DNA of 20,000 bases from an uncultured virus (IMG/VR IMGVR_UViG_3300032038_000017) (IMGVR_UViG_3300032038_000017), one strand, 5' to 3'. Shown: positions 1 through 7,857, counted from the stretch's first letter. Program-made: numbers and translations. The notes: generated by a model from the letters alone, not told the origin.

Positions 1-121
1 CTTCCAACATTTCGTCAAAAGATTCACGATTGTCAAACAGATAATCAAGCATTGACTTATACTCATAAGTTCTGCCATAGTCTGCTCGGCTTGTGTTTTT
101 TACTGTCAGTGAAATAGTCAT
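1..121 (-). CDS. Hypothetical early protein, partial (runs off left edge): MTISLTVKNTSRADYGRTYEYKSMLDYLF...
   Basis: ATG at 119-121 preceded by TAAGGAGATAAAACT and the conserved promoter at 149-176; open frame to window edge. Confidence 0.8.
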   Translation of the reverse strand, partial: MTISLTVKNTSRADYGRTYEYKSMLDYLFDNRESFDEMLE

Positions 122-148
122 AGTTTTATCTCCTTATCTGTTTAAAAA

Positions 149-176
149 ATTATAACCTTGCAAGGCTTTTACCCTG
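149..176 (-). promoter_or_regulatory. Early promoter copy 1 (CAGGGTA-N15-TATAAT) with embedded hairpin 154-183
   Basis: Motif match; inverted repeat aaccttgca/tgcaaggtt. Confidence 0.85.
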
Positions 177-188
177 CAAGGTTTTGCA

Positions 189-803
189 TTATTCGGCAGC
201 CATACCAATTACATAGTATTTGTGGATTTCACGAACCACTGAACCACTTTTTACAGTCTTTGGCTTAGACTTTGACTTCTTTACGACAAGGGTAAACTTT
301 GCCTTATCTTCTGAACCACTGACAAGAACTTTTGTCTTTTCCCACCAAGCGTCATTTCCACTGTTGATAGTGTACTTTTTTGCTTTACTGTCGGCAAGTG
401 TCTGTGTGCTTTCAACACCAATTTCCTTTTTACGCATATCGTTATCATAGCCATAGATAACAAAGCGTGTCTGATAAATCGGCTTTTTGACATTTGTAGC
501 CTTTGCCTTTTTTACAGACCAAGTTTCATAGCCAACTACTCCCAAGTCGAAAACTTCGCTAGACCATTTGCTCATTGCGTCAAATCTGTCATCGACCATT
601 TTCTGATACTTTTTCATTGTCTGAAACTTTTTAAAGTTTGACTCAGTGCATTTGTCGAAAACCTTATGCACCTTGCGAATACTTGCACAAGTGTTCCAAT
701 CACCACTGTAACTGTCGTCACTGTGCGACCAAGAATTGATTTCTGAAGAAGTCATAAACTCCTTAGCCAAACTTACACATCTACTGATACCACAAGCACC
801 CAT
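189..803 (-). CDS. Hypothetical early protein (204 aa, basic)
   Basis: ORF with TAAGGAGATAAAACT RBS and promoter copy 2. Confidence 0.85.
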   Translation of the reverse strand: MGACGISRCVSLAKEFMTSSEINSWSHSDDSYSGDWNTCASIRKVHKVFDKCTESNFKKFQTMKKYQKMVDDRFDAMSKWSSEVFDLGVVGYETWSVKKAKATNVKKPIYQTRFVIYGYDNDMRKKEIGVESTQTLADSKAKKYTINSGNDAWWEKTKVLVSGSEDKAKFTLVVKKSKSKPKTVKSGSVVREIHKYYVIGMAAE

Positions 804-828
804 AGTTTTATCTCCTTATGCTTTATTT

Positions 829-856
829 ATTATAACCTTACAAGGTGTTTACCCCG
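829..856 (-). promoter_or_regulatory. Early promoter copy 2 with embedded hairpin 836-861
   Basis: CGGGGTA-N15-TATAAT; ccttac/gtaagg. Confidence 0.85.
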
Positions 857-871
857 TAAGGCTTATTGTCC

Positions 872-1090
872 TTAGTATCTTACTACCTTGAACTTTGTGT
901 AGACAGACGAACCAGCAAAATCATAGCCGTCCTCTTCCAACTTTGTTTTGAAAGCGTCTGCCTCTTTTTTGGTGTAGAACTTTGTAGCGTATTCCTTTTT
1001 TGTTGTTGTATCGTTCAACAAGTTCAACCAATGTGGACTTGAAGAAGATACATACTCTCTGTGACCATCGTTAATGCGAATTACAAACAT
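872..1090 (-). CDS. Hypothetical protein (72 aa), co-transcribed with 1094-1345
   Basis: ORF starting 3 bp after upstream stop; no own promoter. Confidence 0.75.
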   Translation of the reverse strand: MFVIRINDGHREYVSSSSPHWLNLLNDTTTKKEYATKFYTKKEADAFKTKLEEDGYDFAGSSVYTKFKVVRY

Positions 1091-1093
1091 AAC

Positions 1094-1345
1094 TTAGATT
1101 CTCCCTACTTCTTCTTCATAACCTTTACAAGCACCCATAACAAAGTTATAAAGTTTTGTAAAGTCAGTTCCTTTTTCGCTTATAACAAACGAAGGAACTA
1201 AGCACAACAAATCGTCATCGATAGTCCACAGATAAAACCTTTTGTCCTTGTCATCTGACCGTTTTCTGCGAACTTCGTATTCCCAACCATTATCACTTAC
1301 AAAATGAAGTGTAAGGTTAAGCAGAAAAATGTCTTTTTTGTCCAT
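1094..1345 (-). CDS. Hypothetical early protein (83 aa)
   Basis: ORF, TAAGGAGG RBS, promoter copy 3. Confidence 0.8.
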   Translation of the reverse strand: MDKKDIFLLNLTLHFVSDNGWEYEVRRKRSDDKDKRFYLWTIDDDLLCLVPSFVISEKGTDFTKLYNFVMGACKGYEEEVGRI

Positions 1346-1371
1346 TACAAGTTCCTCCTTATGCCTTATAG

Positions 1372-1399
1372 ATTATAACCCTACAAGGTTTCTACCCTG
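1372..1399 (-). promoter_or_regulatory. Early promoter copy 3
   Basis: CAGGGTA-N15-TATAAT; upstream stop codon abuts at 1400-1402. Confidence 0.85.
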
Positions 1400-1648
1400 T
1401 TACCAAGAAACTTTTATTGCCCCTGTAGGACAACCAAAGCAATCCAAACACCACTTCCATTTATAGCCGTTCTTTTCCAAATTGGAATAAAGCCAACCAT
1501 TTCTTTCAGAGGGGTCGTCAAAGTAACTGTCAAAATAGTGAATTGTAACACTTTTTTCGCCTTTTGCATTTGCGGATTTTATAGCCTTTGTAACAATTTC
1601 GTCTGCCTTGATAGCACCTTTGGAACCCAAAGAACTTGCACTTATCAT
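1400..1648 (-). CDS. Hypothetical early protein (82 aa, MISASSLG...; CxxC near C-terminus)
   Basis: Start reassigned to 1648 because TAAGGAGAAAACAATT-ATG and promoter copy 4 lie inside the longer ORF call. Confidence 0.8.
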   Translation of the reverse strand: MISASSLGSKGAIKADEIVTKAIKSANAKGEKSVTIHYFDSYFDDPSERNGWLYSNLEKNGYKWKWCLDCFGCPTGAIKVSW

Positions 1649-1675
1649 AATTGTTTTCTCCTTACGCTTTAAAAA

Positions 1676-1703
1676 ATTATAACCTTGTTCAAGTTTTACC
1701 CTG
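1676..1703 (-). promoter_or_regulatory. Early promoter copy 4 with embedded hairpin 1680-1713
   Basis: Motif match; taaccttgt/acaaggtta. Confidence 0.85.
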
Positions 1704-1719
1704 GACAAGGTTAATTCCC

Positions 1720-2034
1720 CTAGAACGCTATTTTAGGACTTGCAATACCACAACATTCTGCACACTTTGAAATGTTATATTTTCCGTGCAACCACAAGTT
1801 GTAGATTTCACCATAATCACCTTTTGCGTACAATTCAGAAAGCGCAGAAAAAATTCTTTCACGAACGATAGAATCACCTACACCAATCAAATCGTAAACA
1901 TCACGACCCTTTCTCATTCCTTGCATTAACTTTGAGAAAGTAATTTCGCCATCGAGTTCCTTTCCCAATTCATCGTCTTTGTAACTTTCTGCCGTTGTAT
2001 ACCAATCACGGATTTTTGTTTTCTTTGTAACCAT
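1720..2034 (-). CDS. Conserved phage/MGE hypothetical protein (104 aa; D-E-L-G, T-F, D-V-Y, G-V-G-D-S-I-V-R-E-R-I-F motifs)
   Basis: ORF with RBS and promoter; motif recalled from small MGE proteins, family name not certain. Confidence 0.8.
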   Translation of the reverse strand: MVTKKTKIRDWYTTAESYKDDELGKELDGEITFSKLMQGMRKGRDVYDLIGVGDSIVRERIFSALSELYAKGDYGEIYNLWLHGKYNISKCAECCGIASPKIAF

Positions 2035-2060
2035 AGTAGTTTTCTCCTTATGCCATTATA

Positions 2061-2088
2061 ATTATAACCTTGCCAGACCTTTACCCTG
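2061..2088 (-). promoter_or_regulatory. Early promoter copy 5
   Basis: Motif match. Confidence 0.85.
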
Positions 2089-2094
2089 TAAATA

Positions 2095-2135
2095 AAAAAA
2101 TCCTACCGAATCTTGTAAAAGTTCAGTAGGATTTT
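2095..2135 (-). terminator. Intrinsic terminator after 2142-2396
   Basis: aaaatcctac...gtaggatttt stem, U-tract on minus strand. Confidence 0.75.
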
Positions 2136-2141
2136 CAATTC

Positions 2142-2396
2142 TTAGTAATGGTAAATTTCCTTTAAGGGTCCTTTACTTTTCTTTGACTGACCATAATGTG
2201 TGACATGGTAAAAGCCACAGTCATTACAGTAGTATGCCCTTTTAGGCTTGTCGTTTCCTCTTCCAATGTGCGAAGAAGTTCTGTGTCCTTTTAGTCTAGC
2301 AAGTTGCTCGCCAGCCTCACGCTTAGTCAAGCACTGTTTGCCACAAGTGCAATACTTGATTTTAGACTGACCAAAATCTCCAATAAAATCTTTCAT
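2142..2396 (-). CDS. Small Zn-finger-like phage protein (C-x-C-G-K ... R-A-Y-Y-C-x2-C-G-F-Y-H-V-T)
   Basis: ORF; Cys/His pattern typical of small phage metal-binding proteins; lacks the array promoter. Confidence 0.75.
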   Translation of the reverse strand: MKDFIGDFGQSKIKYCTCGKQCLTKREAGEQLARLKGHRTSSHIGRGNDKPKRAYYCNDCGFYHVTHYGQSKKSKGPLKEIYHY

Positions 2397-2497
2397 AGTT
2401 CCCTACTATGCCAAGATAACCAATTAAATAAATGACCACCAAAATCAATCTCGGCTAGTAATAAAGGTAGCCAAACCAACCAATAAAAAATCCCAAG

Positions 2498-2522
2498 AAA
2501 AACCACCGAAAAAATCGGTGGT
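2498..2522 (-). terminator. Intrinsic terminator after 2531-3157
   Basis: accaccga/tcggtggt stem, U-tract on minus strand. Confidence 0.75.
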
Positions 2523-2530
2523 AGTTTCCG

Positions 2531-3157
2531 TTATTTTTTGTTAGGGATTTCAGAATCCCAAGCCAACTGACGCTCAAAATCTTCTTTGTTGCGTTCAAGT
2601 CGTCTTGCTTTTTCTGTCCGAATTTCCCAACCCTTTTCTTCCGAATAGAAAGCGTAGCCTAATTCAACACCGTTTGAACCACCGTTCCAAGTCGTGTAAG
2701 AATAGTGAATGTCGATTGAAAATCCGATTTCTGCATCCTTTGTAGTGTCAATGTCCTCGTATTCCCAACCACCATAGTGCTTTTCTTTTGCACCTTCTTT
2801 ACCGAAGAAACGAATCCAAGTGTGACCATAGTTGAAACAACCAACCTTGATTTCGCTAAATGCCGCGTTAAGGTAAAGGCTTTCACGATTAAGGTTTTTG
2901 CTTTCGTAGTCAACACCCAAACCTTCACGACCTTGAACAACAGTAAAGTTGAAGATAGTGTTAAAGCCAAAAGTCTTGTTGATAAGGTCGAACAGTTCCT
3001 TCATAATCTTGCTTGAACTGTTTGTTACCTTACTGAACAATTCTTCTTCACGGCGCAACTGACCATTGTACCATTCTGCAAAAGGCTTTGCCCATTCTTC
3101 GCCCTTTTCTTCTACCAATCTGTCGTAAGACCAATCACCTTTCTCAAGTCTACTCAT
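2531..3157 (-). CDS. Hypothetical early protein (208 aa)
   Basis: ORF, TAAGGAGATAAAC RBS, promoter copy 6. Confidence 0.85.
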   Translation of the reverse strand: MSRLEKGDWSYDRLVEEKGEEWAKPFAEWYNGQLRREEELFSKVTNSSSKIMKELFDLINKTFGFNTIFNFTVVQGREGLGVDYESKNLNRESLYLNAAFSEIKVGCFNYGHTWIRFFGKEGAKEKHYGGWEYEDIDTTKDAEIGFSIDIHYSYTTWNGGSNGVELGYAFYSEEKGWEIRTEKARRLERNKEDFERQLAWDSEIPNKK

Positions 3158-3183
3158 AGTGTTTATCTCCTTATGTCTATTGT

Positions 3184-3211
3184 ATTATAACCTTGCAGGG
3201 TGTCTACCCTG
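3184..3211 (-). promoter_or_regulatory. Early promoter copy 6 with embedded hairpin 3193-3214
   Basis: Motif match; perfect 9-bp stem ttgcagggt/accctgcaa. Confidence 0.85.
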
Positions 3212-3219
3212 CAACCAAC

Positions 3220-3492
3220 TTACAAGTTTATACCGTCAAGGTATCTGCCGTTTTCCCATTCGTTCGGAATGTCAAACTTTTTCAATTCTGCCGATTCAAG
3301 AACACGGTCAGTGTATACGACAGTCAAATTGTTTGACAAGCAAACGGAACGGATTATTCCAACGTCACTAGGAAGTGTCATTGGACCCAAACCGTGTTTA
3401 AGAATGTATTGGAAACCGTCATTTGCTTTCTTGCCATAAGAAATACGATTCGGATTTCCACCACCCTTATTGTCAGAAAGAATCTTTATCAT
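3220..3492 (-). CDS. Small protein, possibly DarA_C-like (defence-against-restriction A C-terminal) domain
   Basis: Y-x3-H-G-x-G-P-x3-P ... Y-T-D-R-x-L-x3-E-L-x2-F-D-I-P pattern resembles recalled DarA_C consensus; family call is inference. Confidence 0.5.
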   Translation of the reverse strand: MIKILSDNKGGGNPNRISYGKKANDGFQYILKHGLGPMTLPSDVGIIRSVCLSNNLTVVYTDRVLESAELKKFDIPNEWENGRYLDGINL

Positions 3493-3518
3493 TGTAGTTA
3501 TCTCCTTATGCCTATAGG

Positions 3519-3546
3519 ATTATAACCTTACTAGGTGTTTACCCTG
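3519..3546 (-). promoter_or_regulatory. Early promoter copy 7
   Basis: Motif match. Confidence 0.85.
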
Positions 3547-3550
3547 ACAT

Positions 3551-3579
3551 AAGAAAAAAGACGGCAGAAAAGCCGTCTT
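3551..3579 (-). terminator. Intrinsic terminator after comM-like gene
   Basis: aagacggc/gccgtctt stem with U-tract. Confidence 0.8.
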
Positions 3580-3586
3580 AATTGTT

Positions 3587-4558
3587 TTAGTTTCCGATAG
3601 GTGTATCGTCTCTAAGTGCAAGGGCAAGCGACATATGCTCTTTATTGATTGTATCGCTTTCGTCAAAGTCTGCAAGAGTCCTAGCAACTTTTATAAGGCT
3701 TTTTCTTCCCCTTGTAGACATACCCGATACATCGCAAAATGCGTCAAGGTCTTTCAAAGCGTCATTGTTTAAATGGCAGAATCTTTCCATTTCAGATTCA
3801 GACAAGTCTGCATTAAGTTTACCTTGTCTTTCATACTGAATTGTCTGCGCCCTTGCGATTTTATCACGCAATTCGTCAAGTGTAAAACTGAACTTGTCAG
3901 TCAGTTCTTCTTTGGTGTATTCTGCGTTAAAGTTGAAACGAATGTCTATACGGTCAAGAAGTGGTCCACTGAACTTTTTCCAATACAGTTCAATCGACCT
4001 TGCGGAACAAAGGCAAACCCTTTCCTTGTTGCCATAGTTTCCACAAGGGCAAGAATTCACCGACATAGCCAACTGAAACTTTGCGGGGTACACTGTTGTT
4101 CTACCTGCACGGCAAAGCGTAATCTGATGGTTTTCAAGTGGAACACGCAACATTTGCAAGACCGAAGTTCTGAACTCCGCCGCCTCGTCAAGGAACAACA
4201 TACCGTTGTGTGCAAGACTGATTTCACCAGGTCTGCAATTCGGACCGCCACCACACATTCCTTCAATAGAGGAAGTCTGATGTGGCATACGGAATGGTCT
4301 GTTGTCTGATTCGACAATGGTTGAAAGTCCAGCCAAATCGTAGATTCTTTTTACTGATTCCTTTTCGTCTGCCGTAAGTTTAGGCATAAGCAAAGGAAAC
4401 TTAGTCATAAGCAAAGACCGACCACATCCAGGACTACCAAAGTCCAAGATGTTGTGGCGACCAGCAACGGCTACTGTCATAGCAAACTTCATAGCGTTGT
4501 AGTTTCGACCTTTCAAGTTGTCAAAGTCTTTTGCGTCTGCTTTATCAAACTCTATCAT
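3587..4558 (-). CDS. comM: ComM/YifB family Mg-chelatase-like AAA+ ATPase, lacking the N-terminal Lon-like domain
   Basis: A-V-A-G-R-H-N-I-L, Walker A GSPGCGRS, RPFRMPH, PGEISLAHNGMLFLDE (Walker B), LRVPLE, YPAKFQL, CPCG...CLCS, SGPLLDRID, STRGRKSLIKVARTLAD. Confidence 0.92.
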   Translation of the reverse strand: MIEFDKADAKDFDNLKGRNYNAMKFAMTVAVAGRHNILDFGSPGCGRSLLMTKFPLLMPKLTADEKESVKRIYDLAGLSTIVESDNRPFRMPHQTSSIEGMCGGGPNCRPGEISLAHNGMLFLDEAAEFRTSVLQMLRVPLENHQITLCRAGRTTVYPAKFQLAMSVNSCPCGNYGNKERVCLCSARSIELYWKKFSGPLLDRIDIRFNFNAEYTKEELTDKFSFTLDELRDKIARAQTIQYERQGKLNADLSESEMERFCHLNNDALKDLDAFCDVSGMSTRGRKSLIKVARTLADFDESDTINKEHMSLALALRDDTPIGN

Positions 4559-4582
4559 AGTTTAACTCCTTATACTTAATGT

Positions 4583-4610
4583 ATTATAACCACACAACAA
4601 TTTTACCCTG
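4583..4610 (-). promoter_or_regulatory. Early promoter copy 8
   Basis: Motif match. Confidence 0.85.
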
Positions 4611-4619
4611 CAAGAAATT

Positions 4620-4648
4620 AAAAAGGGGCAACTTCTTTTCGTTGCCCC
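4620..4648 (-). terminator. Intrinsic terminator
   Basis: ggggcaac/gttgcccc stem with U-tract. Confidence 0.8.
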
Positions 4649-4657
4649 GTAATTTCG

Positions 4658-4957
4658 TTAGTACTCTGTGGAACCTCTGACTACTTCGCTGTTTGTTGTT
4701 TTTTCAAACTTTTCAAGAAACATATCACGGATTTCTGAAATGTCGTCACTGAAATCGTCCCAAGTTACTGTCTGCCCAAAGATTTCTCCGAGCAGCTTGA
4801 ATGTTTCAAACACTTTGTCGCAAAGCTCGTCTTCATAAGCCAAACAAGACCCACAAAGCAGATACTTCTTGCCTTCTACTTCAACAGTATGTGTTTCACA
4901 CATTCCAAGTCCTTTAGCTTTTTCTACCAAAGCAGACTTCAAATCTTTTAATGCCAT
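4658..4957 (-). CDS. Hypothetical early protein (99 aa, acidic)
   Basis: ORF, AAGGAGATAACT RBS, promoter copy 9. Confidence 0.85.
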   Translation of the reverse strand: MALKDLKSALVEKAKGLGMCETHTVEVEGKKYLLCGSCLAYEDELCDKVFETFKLLGEIFGQTVTWDDFSDDISEIRDMFLEKFEKTTNSEVVRGSTEY

Positions 4958-4981
4958 AGTTATCTCCTTTATAACTTACAG

Positions 4982-5009
4982 ATTATAACTTTACGGGGCT
5001 TTTACCCCG
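4982..5009 (-). promoter_or_regulatory. Early promoter copy 9 with embedded hairpin 4987-5017
   Basis: aactt-tacgggg/ccccgta-g-aagtt (one bulged base). Confidence 0.85.
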
Positions 5010-5016
5010 TAGAAGT

Positions 5017-5397
5017 TTATTTTTCTGCAATAATCTGTTTGATTTCCAAGTCGGATTTTTTCTCGTCTAAAAGCAGATTGATTTTTTCAACATACTTTTC
5101 GTCAAGTGTATCCAAGTATCTCAAATGACAGTTCTGCCAAATGTCAAACAGTGTGTTATAAAGGTTGCTTTTCTTCAAAGCTGGGAAATCGTTTCCCAAG
5201 TCGTCTATACACTGACCACAGTAAACATAGTCAGTTTTTCGACCATTCCACAATCCACCACCTAATGCCACACGAAATCTGTCGTCGTCTTTGTCAAGGC
5301 GAATGTCTATCTCGGCTTCGTTAATTTTTCTGCCACGACCCGAATAGTCCCACTTACCTAAACTGAATGACCTTTTCTTGTAGTCAAGTATCATCAT
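5017..5397 (-). CDS. Hypothetical early protein (126 aa), paralog of N-terminal part of 7858-8484
   Basis: Shared G-K..Y.G..RKIN, WN.R.TD, GQCID, LYN...D.W...HL motifs. Confidence 0.85.
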   Translation of the reverse strand: MMILDYKKRSFSLGKWDYSGRGRKINEAEIDIRLDKDDDRFRVALGGGLWNGRKTDYVYCGQCIDDLGNDFPALKKSNLYNTLFDIWQNCHLRYLDTLDEKYVEKINLLLDEKKSDLEIKQIIAEK

Positions 5398-5422
5398 AGT
5401 TTAATATCCTTATGCTAATAAA

Positions 5423-5450
5423 ATTATAACCTTGCACAAGTTCTACCCTG
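5423..5450 (-). promoter_or_regulatory. Early promoter copy 10 with embedded hairpin 5427-5460
   Basis: taaccttg/caaggtta. Confidence 0.85.
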
Positions 5451-5467
5451 CACAAGGTTATTGGATT

Positions 5468-5719
5468 TTACCAAACATGGCCAACGGAAAATTCGTCAAG
5501 ACCTTCTTCCAAGATTTTCAAATCAACCTTGTCGGCATCAATGTCTGTTGCACGAATAAGGAACGAATTGTTGTCTGAATGGTACATAATGTCCAACTTG
5601 CCAGTCTCTTCGTTAAGAACGACATCAACATTGTCTGAACTGTATTCATTCAGTTCTTCTTCCACCATTGACACAATTCTGTTTGCCAATCTTTCAGTCA
5701 TAGGATAAACTTTGCTCAT
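5468..5719 (-). CDS. Hypothetical early protein (83 aa, strongly acidic)
   Basis: ORF, RBS, promoter copy 11. Confidence 0.85.
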   Translation of the reverse strand: MSKVYPMTERLANRIVSMVEEELNEYSSDNVDVVLNEETGKLDIMYHSDNNSFLIRATDIDADKVDLKILEEGLDEFSVGHVW

Positions 5720-5745
5720 AGTCTTTATCTCCTTACACTATATAA

Positions 5746-5773
5746 ATTATAACCTTGCAAGATGTCTACCCTG
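5746..5773 (-). promoter_or_regulatory. Early promoter copy 11 with embedded hairpin 5752-5779
   Basis: accttgca/tgcaaggt. Confidence 0.85.
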
Positions 5774-5787
5774 CAAGGTCATTTGTT

Positions 5788-6561
5788 TTAGTCCTCAAAT
5801 ATTTCCCAACCAAGTCGGTCTTGAATCTCTTTGGTCTTTGCCGTCATAAGAGAATCAATCTCTTCGTAGACTTCAAGCATCTTGTCAAGTTCAGTTTCAG
5901 AAGGCATACGGTGATGGAAAGTTTTGCACCATTCCTTGTCCAAGGCACTTGCACCGTTCCAACCAACTATGGCAAACATTTCAATACCAAAGTCGCCATA
6001 CTTGTTGCAGAGTTCTTTAATCTGCCTTGCTTTCTGTGTTTTTGTGTCGTGGTCGTAGAAGTATTTCATTTCCAAGTCCCTCTTTTCTTCCAAGACATCG
6101 TGAAACCAAAGGTCTACGATACGACCATCCTCGTCATAGTATGGGGTGTAATCACTTGAACCCCAAAGAGTTCTAGGGGTCTTAGAACCAAAGTCCGTAT
6201 ACTCACGACCACCAAATGAATAGTTTCCATAATGGTAATGGTCGTCTACAATGCCCCAAGGGTCGTTTCTTTTCAACCACGCTTTAAGCGAATTAACCTT
6301 TACACAGCCCCAACTGTCCTTTTTCAAGGTGTCCTTTTCTGCGTTGTATTTGTCCATAAGGTTGAGCATATAAGTAGCCCCACCTTCGTGTCCACGCAGA
6401 AGATAATTCTTGTCGATAAAGTCAATCTTTTCTTTTTCAGAAAGTTTTACTTCATCTTCGTAAATGTAGTATCTGCAAGCGTTAGGTTGTCTGTCGTTTA
6501 CTCTGGCGATAGCGTCACACTTTTCCTTGTAATACTTCAAATCAGAAACATTGTATTCCAT
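5788..6561 (-). CDS. Hypothetical early protein (257 aa)
   Basis: ORF, TAAGGAGATAACT RBS, promoter copy 12. Confidence 0.85.
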   Translation of the reverse strand: MEYNVSDLKYYKEKCDAIARVNDRQPNACRYYIYEDEVKLSEKEKIDFIDKNYLLRGHEGGATYMLNLMDKYNAEKDTLKKDSWGCVKVNSLKAWLKRNDPWGIVDDHYHYGNYSFGGREYTDFGSKTPRTLWGSSDYTPYYDEDGRIVDLWFHDVLEEKRDLEMKYFYDHDTKTQKARQIKELCNKYGDFGIEMFAIVGWNGASALDKEWCKTFHHRMPSETELDKMLEVYEEIDSLMTAKTKEIQDRLGWEIFED

Positions 6562-6582
6562 AGTTATCTCCTTACAGATTAC

Positions 6583-6610
6583 ATTATAACCTTACAGTTT
6601 CTTTACCCTG
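6583..6610 (-). promoter_or_regulatory. Early promoter copy 12 (upstream element lies within last codons of 6592-7275)
   Basis: Motif match overlapping ...GSRVKKL* coding sequence. Confidence 0.85.
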
Positions 6611-7275
6611 CTGCCGTAAACTTTTGACCAATACTTACCCTTGAATTCCCCTTCGGTCATTTTCGCCTTGTTGTCTGTGTTTACGAACTTCATTCCAAGT
6701 TTTTCAAGTTCTGCCCTTAAAGCCTTTGTAACGACATTTGAAGGCAATACAACATCACTGTCATCAAACAATGCCTTGATAGACACGGCAACTTCATTGT
6801 CTGGAACAATGCGAATCGGCTTGTCCCACCTTGTAAGATAAACAAGTCTTGTGCCAGTCATAAGTCCACGAACCAATCCTGCCTTCCACTTCTTTATGCC
6901 TACTGAATCTTTTGCTTTTTCTGCCTTGTATGGATTTTTGCTTTCCAATTCAGACATAGGGATTTCAACTTCCATAATAGCCAAGTTGTCACGGTCTTGT
7001 GCCGAACTGAATTGGTCATTAAGCATAAAGTTTGAACTGTGAATGTATGGATTGTATTTTGCCTTAATCTTTTTGCCGTTTCCTTTGTCCAAAACAAAGT
7101 AGCCTTTTTCGTCTACCATAGACGGATTTTCTTCTGACTGTTCCCATACATTGAACTGAATAGGGTCACGAAGTTTTCCGTTTACCTTAGCACTTACGGC
7201 TGGATAAGGTTTTCCGTCAATAATCTGAACGGCTCTGTAAGCCTTCATAGTTTTTACATTATCTAAGTTAATCAT
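6592..7275 (-). CDS. Stand-alone domain of the type found in large phage/MGE polyvalent proteins; possible R-S-E ADP-ribosyltransferase-like fold
   Basis: YRA..IIDGK.YP, W-E-Q, YNPY.HSS, LNDQFSSA, EVEIP, Y.AE.AKD.VG, RWDKP.RIVP motifs; family and function are recalled/inferred. Confidence 0.55.
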   Translation of the reverse strand: MINLDNVKTMKAYRAVQIIDGKPYPAVSAKVNGKLRDPIQFNVWEQSEENPSMVDEKGYFVLDKGNGKKIKAKYNPYIHSSNFMLNDQFSSAQDRDNLAIMEVEIPMSELESKNPYKAEKAKDSVGIKKWKAGLVRGLMTGTRLVYLTRWDKPIRIVPDNEVAVSIKALFDDSDVVLPSNVVTKALRAELEKLGMKFVNTDNKAKMTEGEFKGKYWSKVYGSRVKKL

Positions 7276-7300
7276 TGTTTTATCTCCTTATGTTTTATAG

Positions 7301-7328
7301 ATTATAACCCTATAGGTGTTTTACCCCG
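7301..7328 (-). promoter_or_regulatory. Early promoter copy 13
   Basis: Motif match. Confidence 0.85.
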
Positions 7329-7331
7329 TAT

Positions 7332-7362
7332 AAAATTAAAGCCGACCTATAGAAGTCGGCTT
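7332..7362 (-). terminator. Intrinsic terminator
   Basis: aagccgac/gtcggctt stem. Confidence 0.75.
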
Positions 7363-7367
7363 ATTCT

Positions 7368-7766
7368 TTAGCAAGGCTTGATTTCTGCTTTGAAGAACGC
7401 TTTGATTTTGTTGTAGTAGTCGATTGCCTCAGTCAGTTCTGTAAAGAACTTGTCTGTCTGTGGAAATCCCTTACTTGCAACTGTTGCGTCTACTTCGTAA
7501 ACAACCCCAATTTCTATGTCGTCATCGACACTTGCAAGAATTCCCATACTTGCGGCTGGCACAACGTCACCAATGCCAATCTGTGTCATTGTGATGTCGA
7601 ATATACCGAATTCACCGTCTACTGAATAAGACGCTACACGGTTTGCCATCCAATATTCGATATCCTTGTCGCCCTTTTTACGAGTAATGTAGCCTTCTTC
7701 ACGAAGGTGTTCCATATCGCCTTTTTCAAGTGGAATGAACTTCAACTGACCTCTTCTAACTTCCAT
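7368..7766 (-). CDS. Hypothetical early protein (132 aa)
   Basis: ORF, TAAGGGGA RBS, promoter copy 14. Confidence 0.85.
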   Translation of the reverse strand: MEVRRGQLKFIPLEKGDMEHLREEGYITRKKGDKDIEYWMANRVASYSVDGEFGIFDITMTQIGIGDVVPAASMGILASVDDDIEIGVVYEVDATVASKGFPQTDKFFTELTEAIDYYNKIKAFFKAEIKPC

Positions 7767-7791
7767 AGTTTAATCCCCTTATAGTTTTATT

Positions 7792-7819
7792 ATTATAACC
7801 TTGTAGATTGTTTACCCTG
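7792..7819 (-). promoter_or_regulatory. Early promoter copy 14
   Basis: Motif match. Confidence 0.85.
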
Positions 7820-7822
7820 AAT

Positions 7823-7851
7823 AAAATTAAAGGTGGCTATGAAAGCCACCT
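7823..7851 (-). terminator. Intrinsic terminator
   Basis: aggtggct/agccacct stem. Confidence 0.75.
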
Positions 7852-7857
7852 ACATTT

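Noticed and set aside
1649..1708. Longer N-termini of ORF-track calls (also 9450-9491, 14649-14717, 19745-19762)
   Set aside because: Extensions overlap promoter/RBS modules or the upstream gene; downstream ATGs have better initiation context
3587..4558. Magnesium chelatase subunit or pseudogene call
   Set aside because: Motifs are those of ComM/YifB, and the intact frame with dedicated promoter, RBS and terminator argues against a pseudogene
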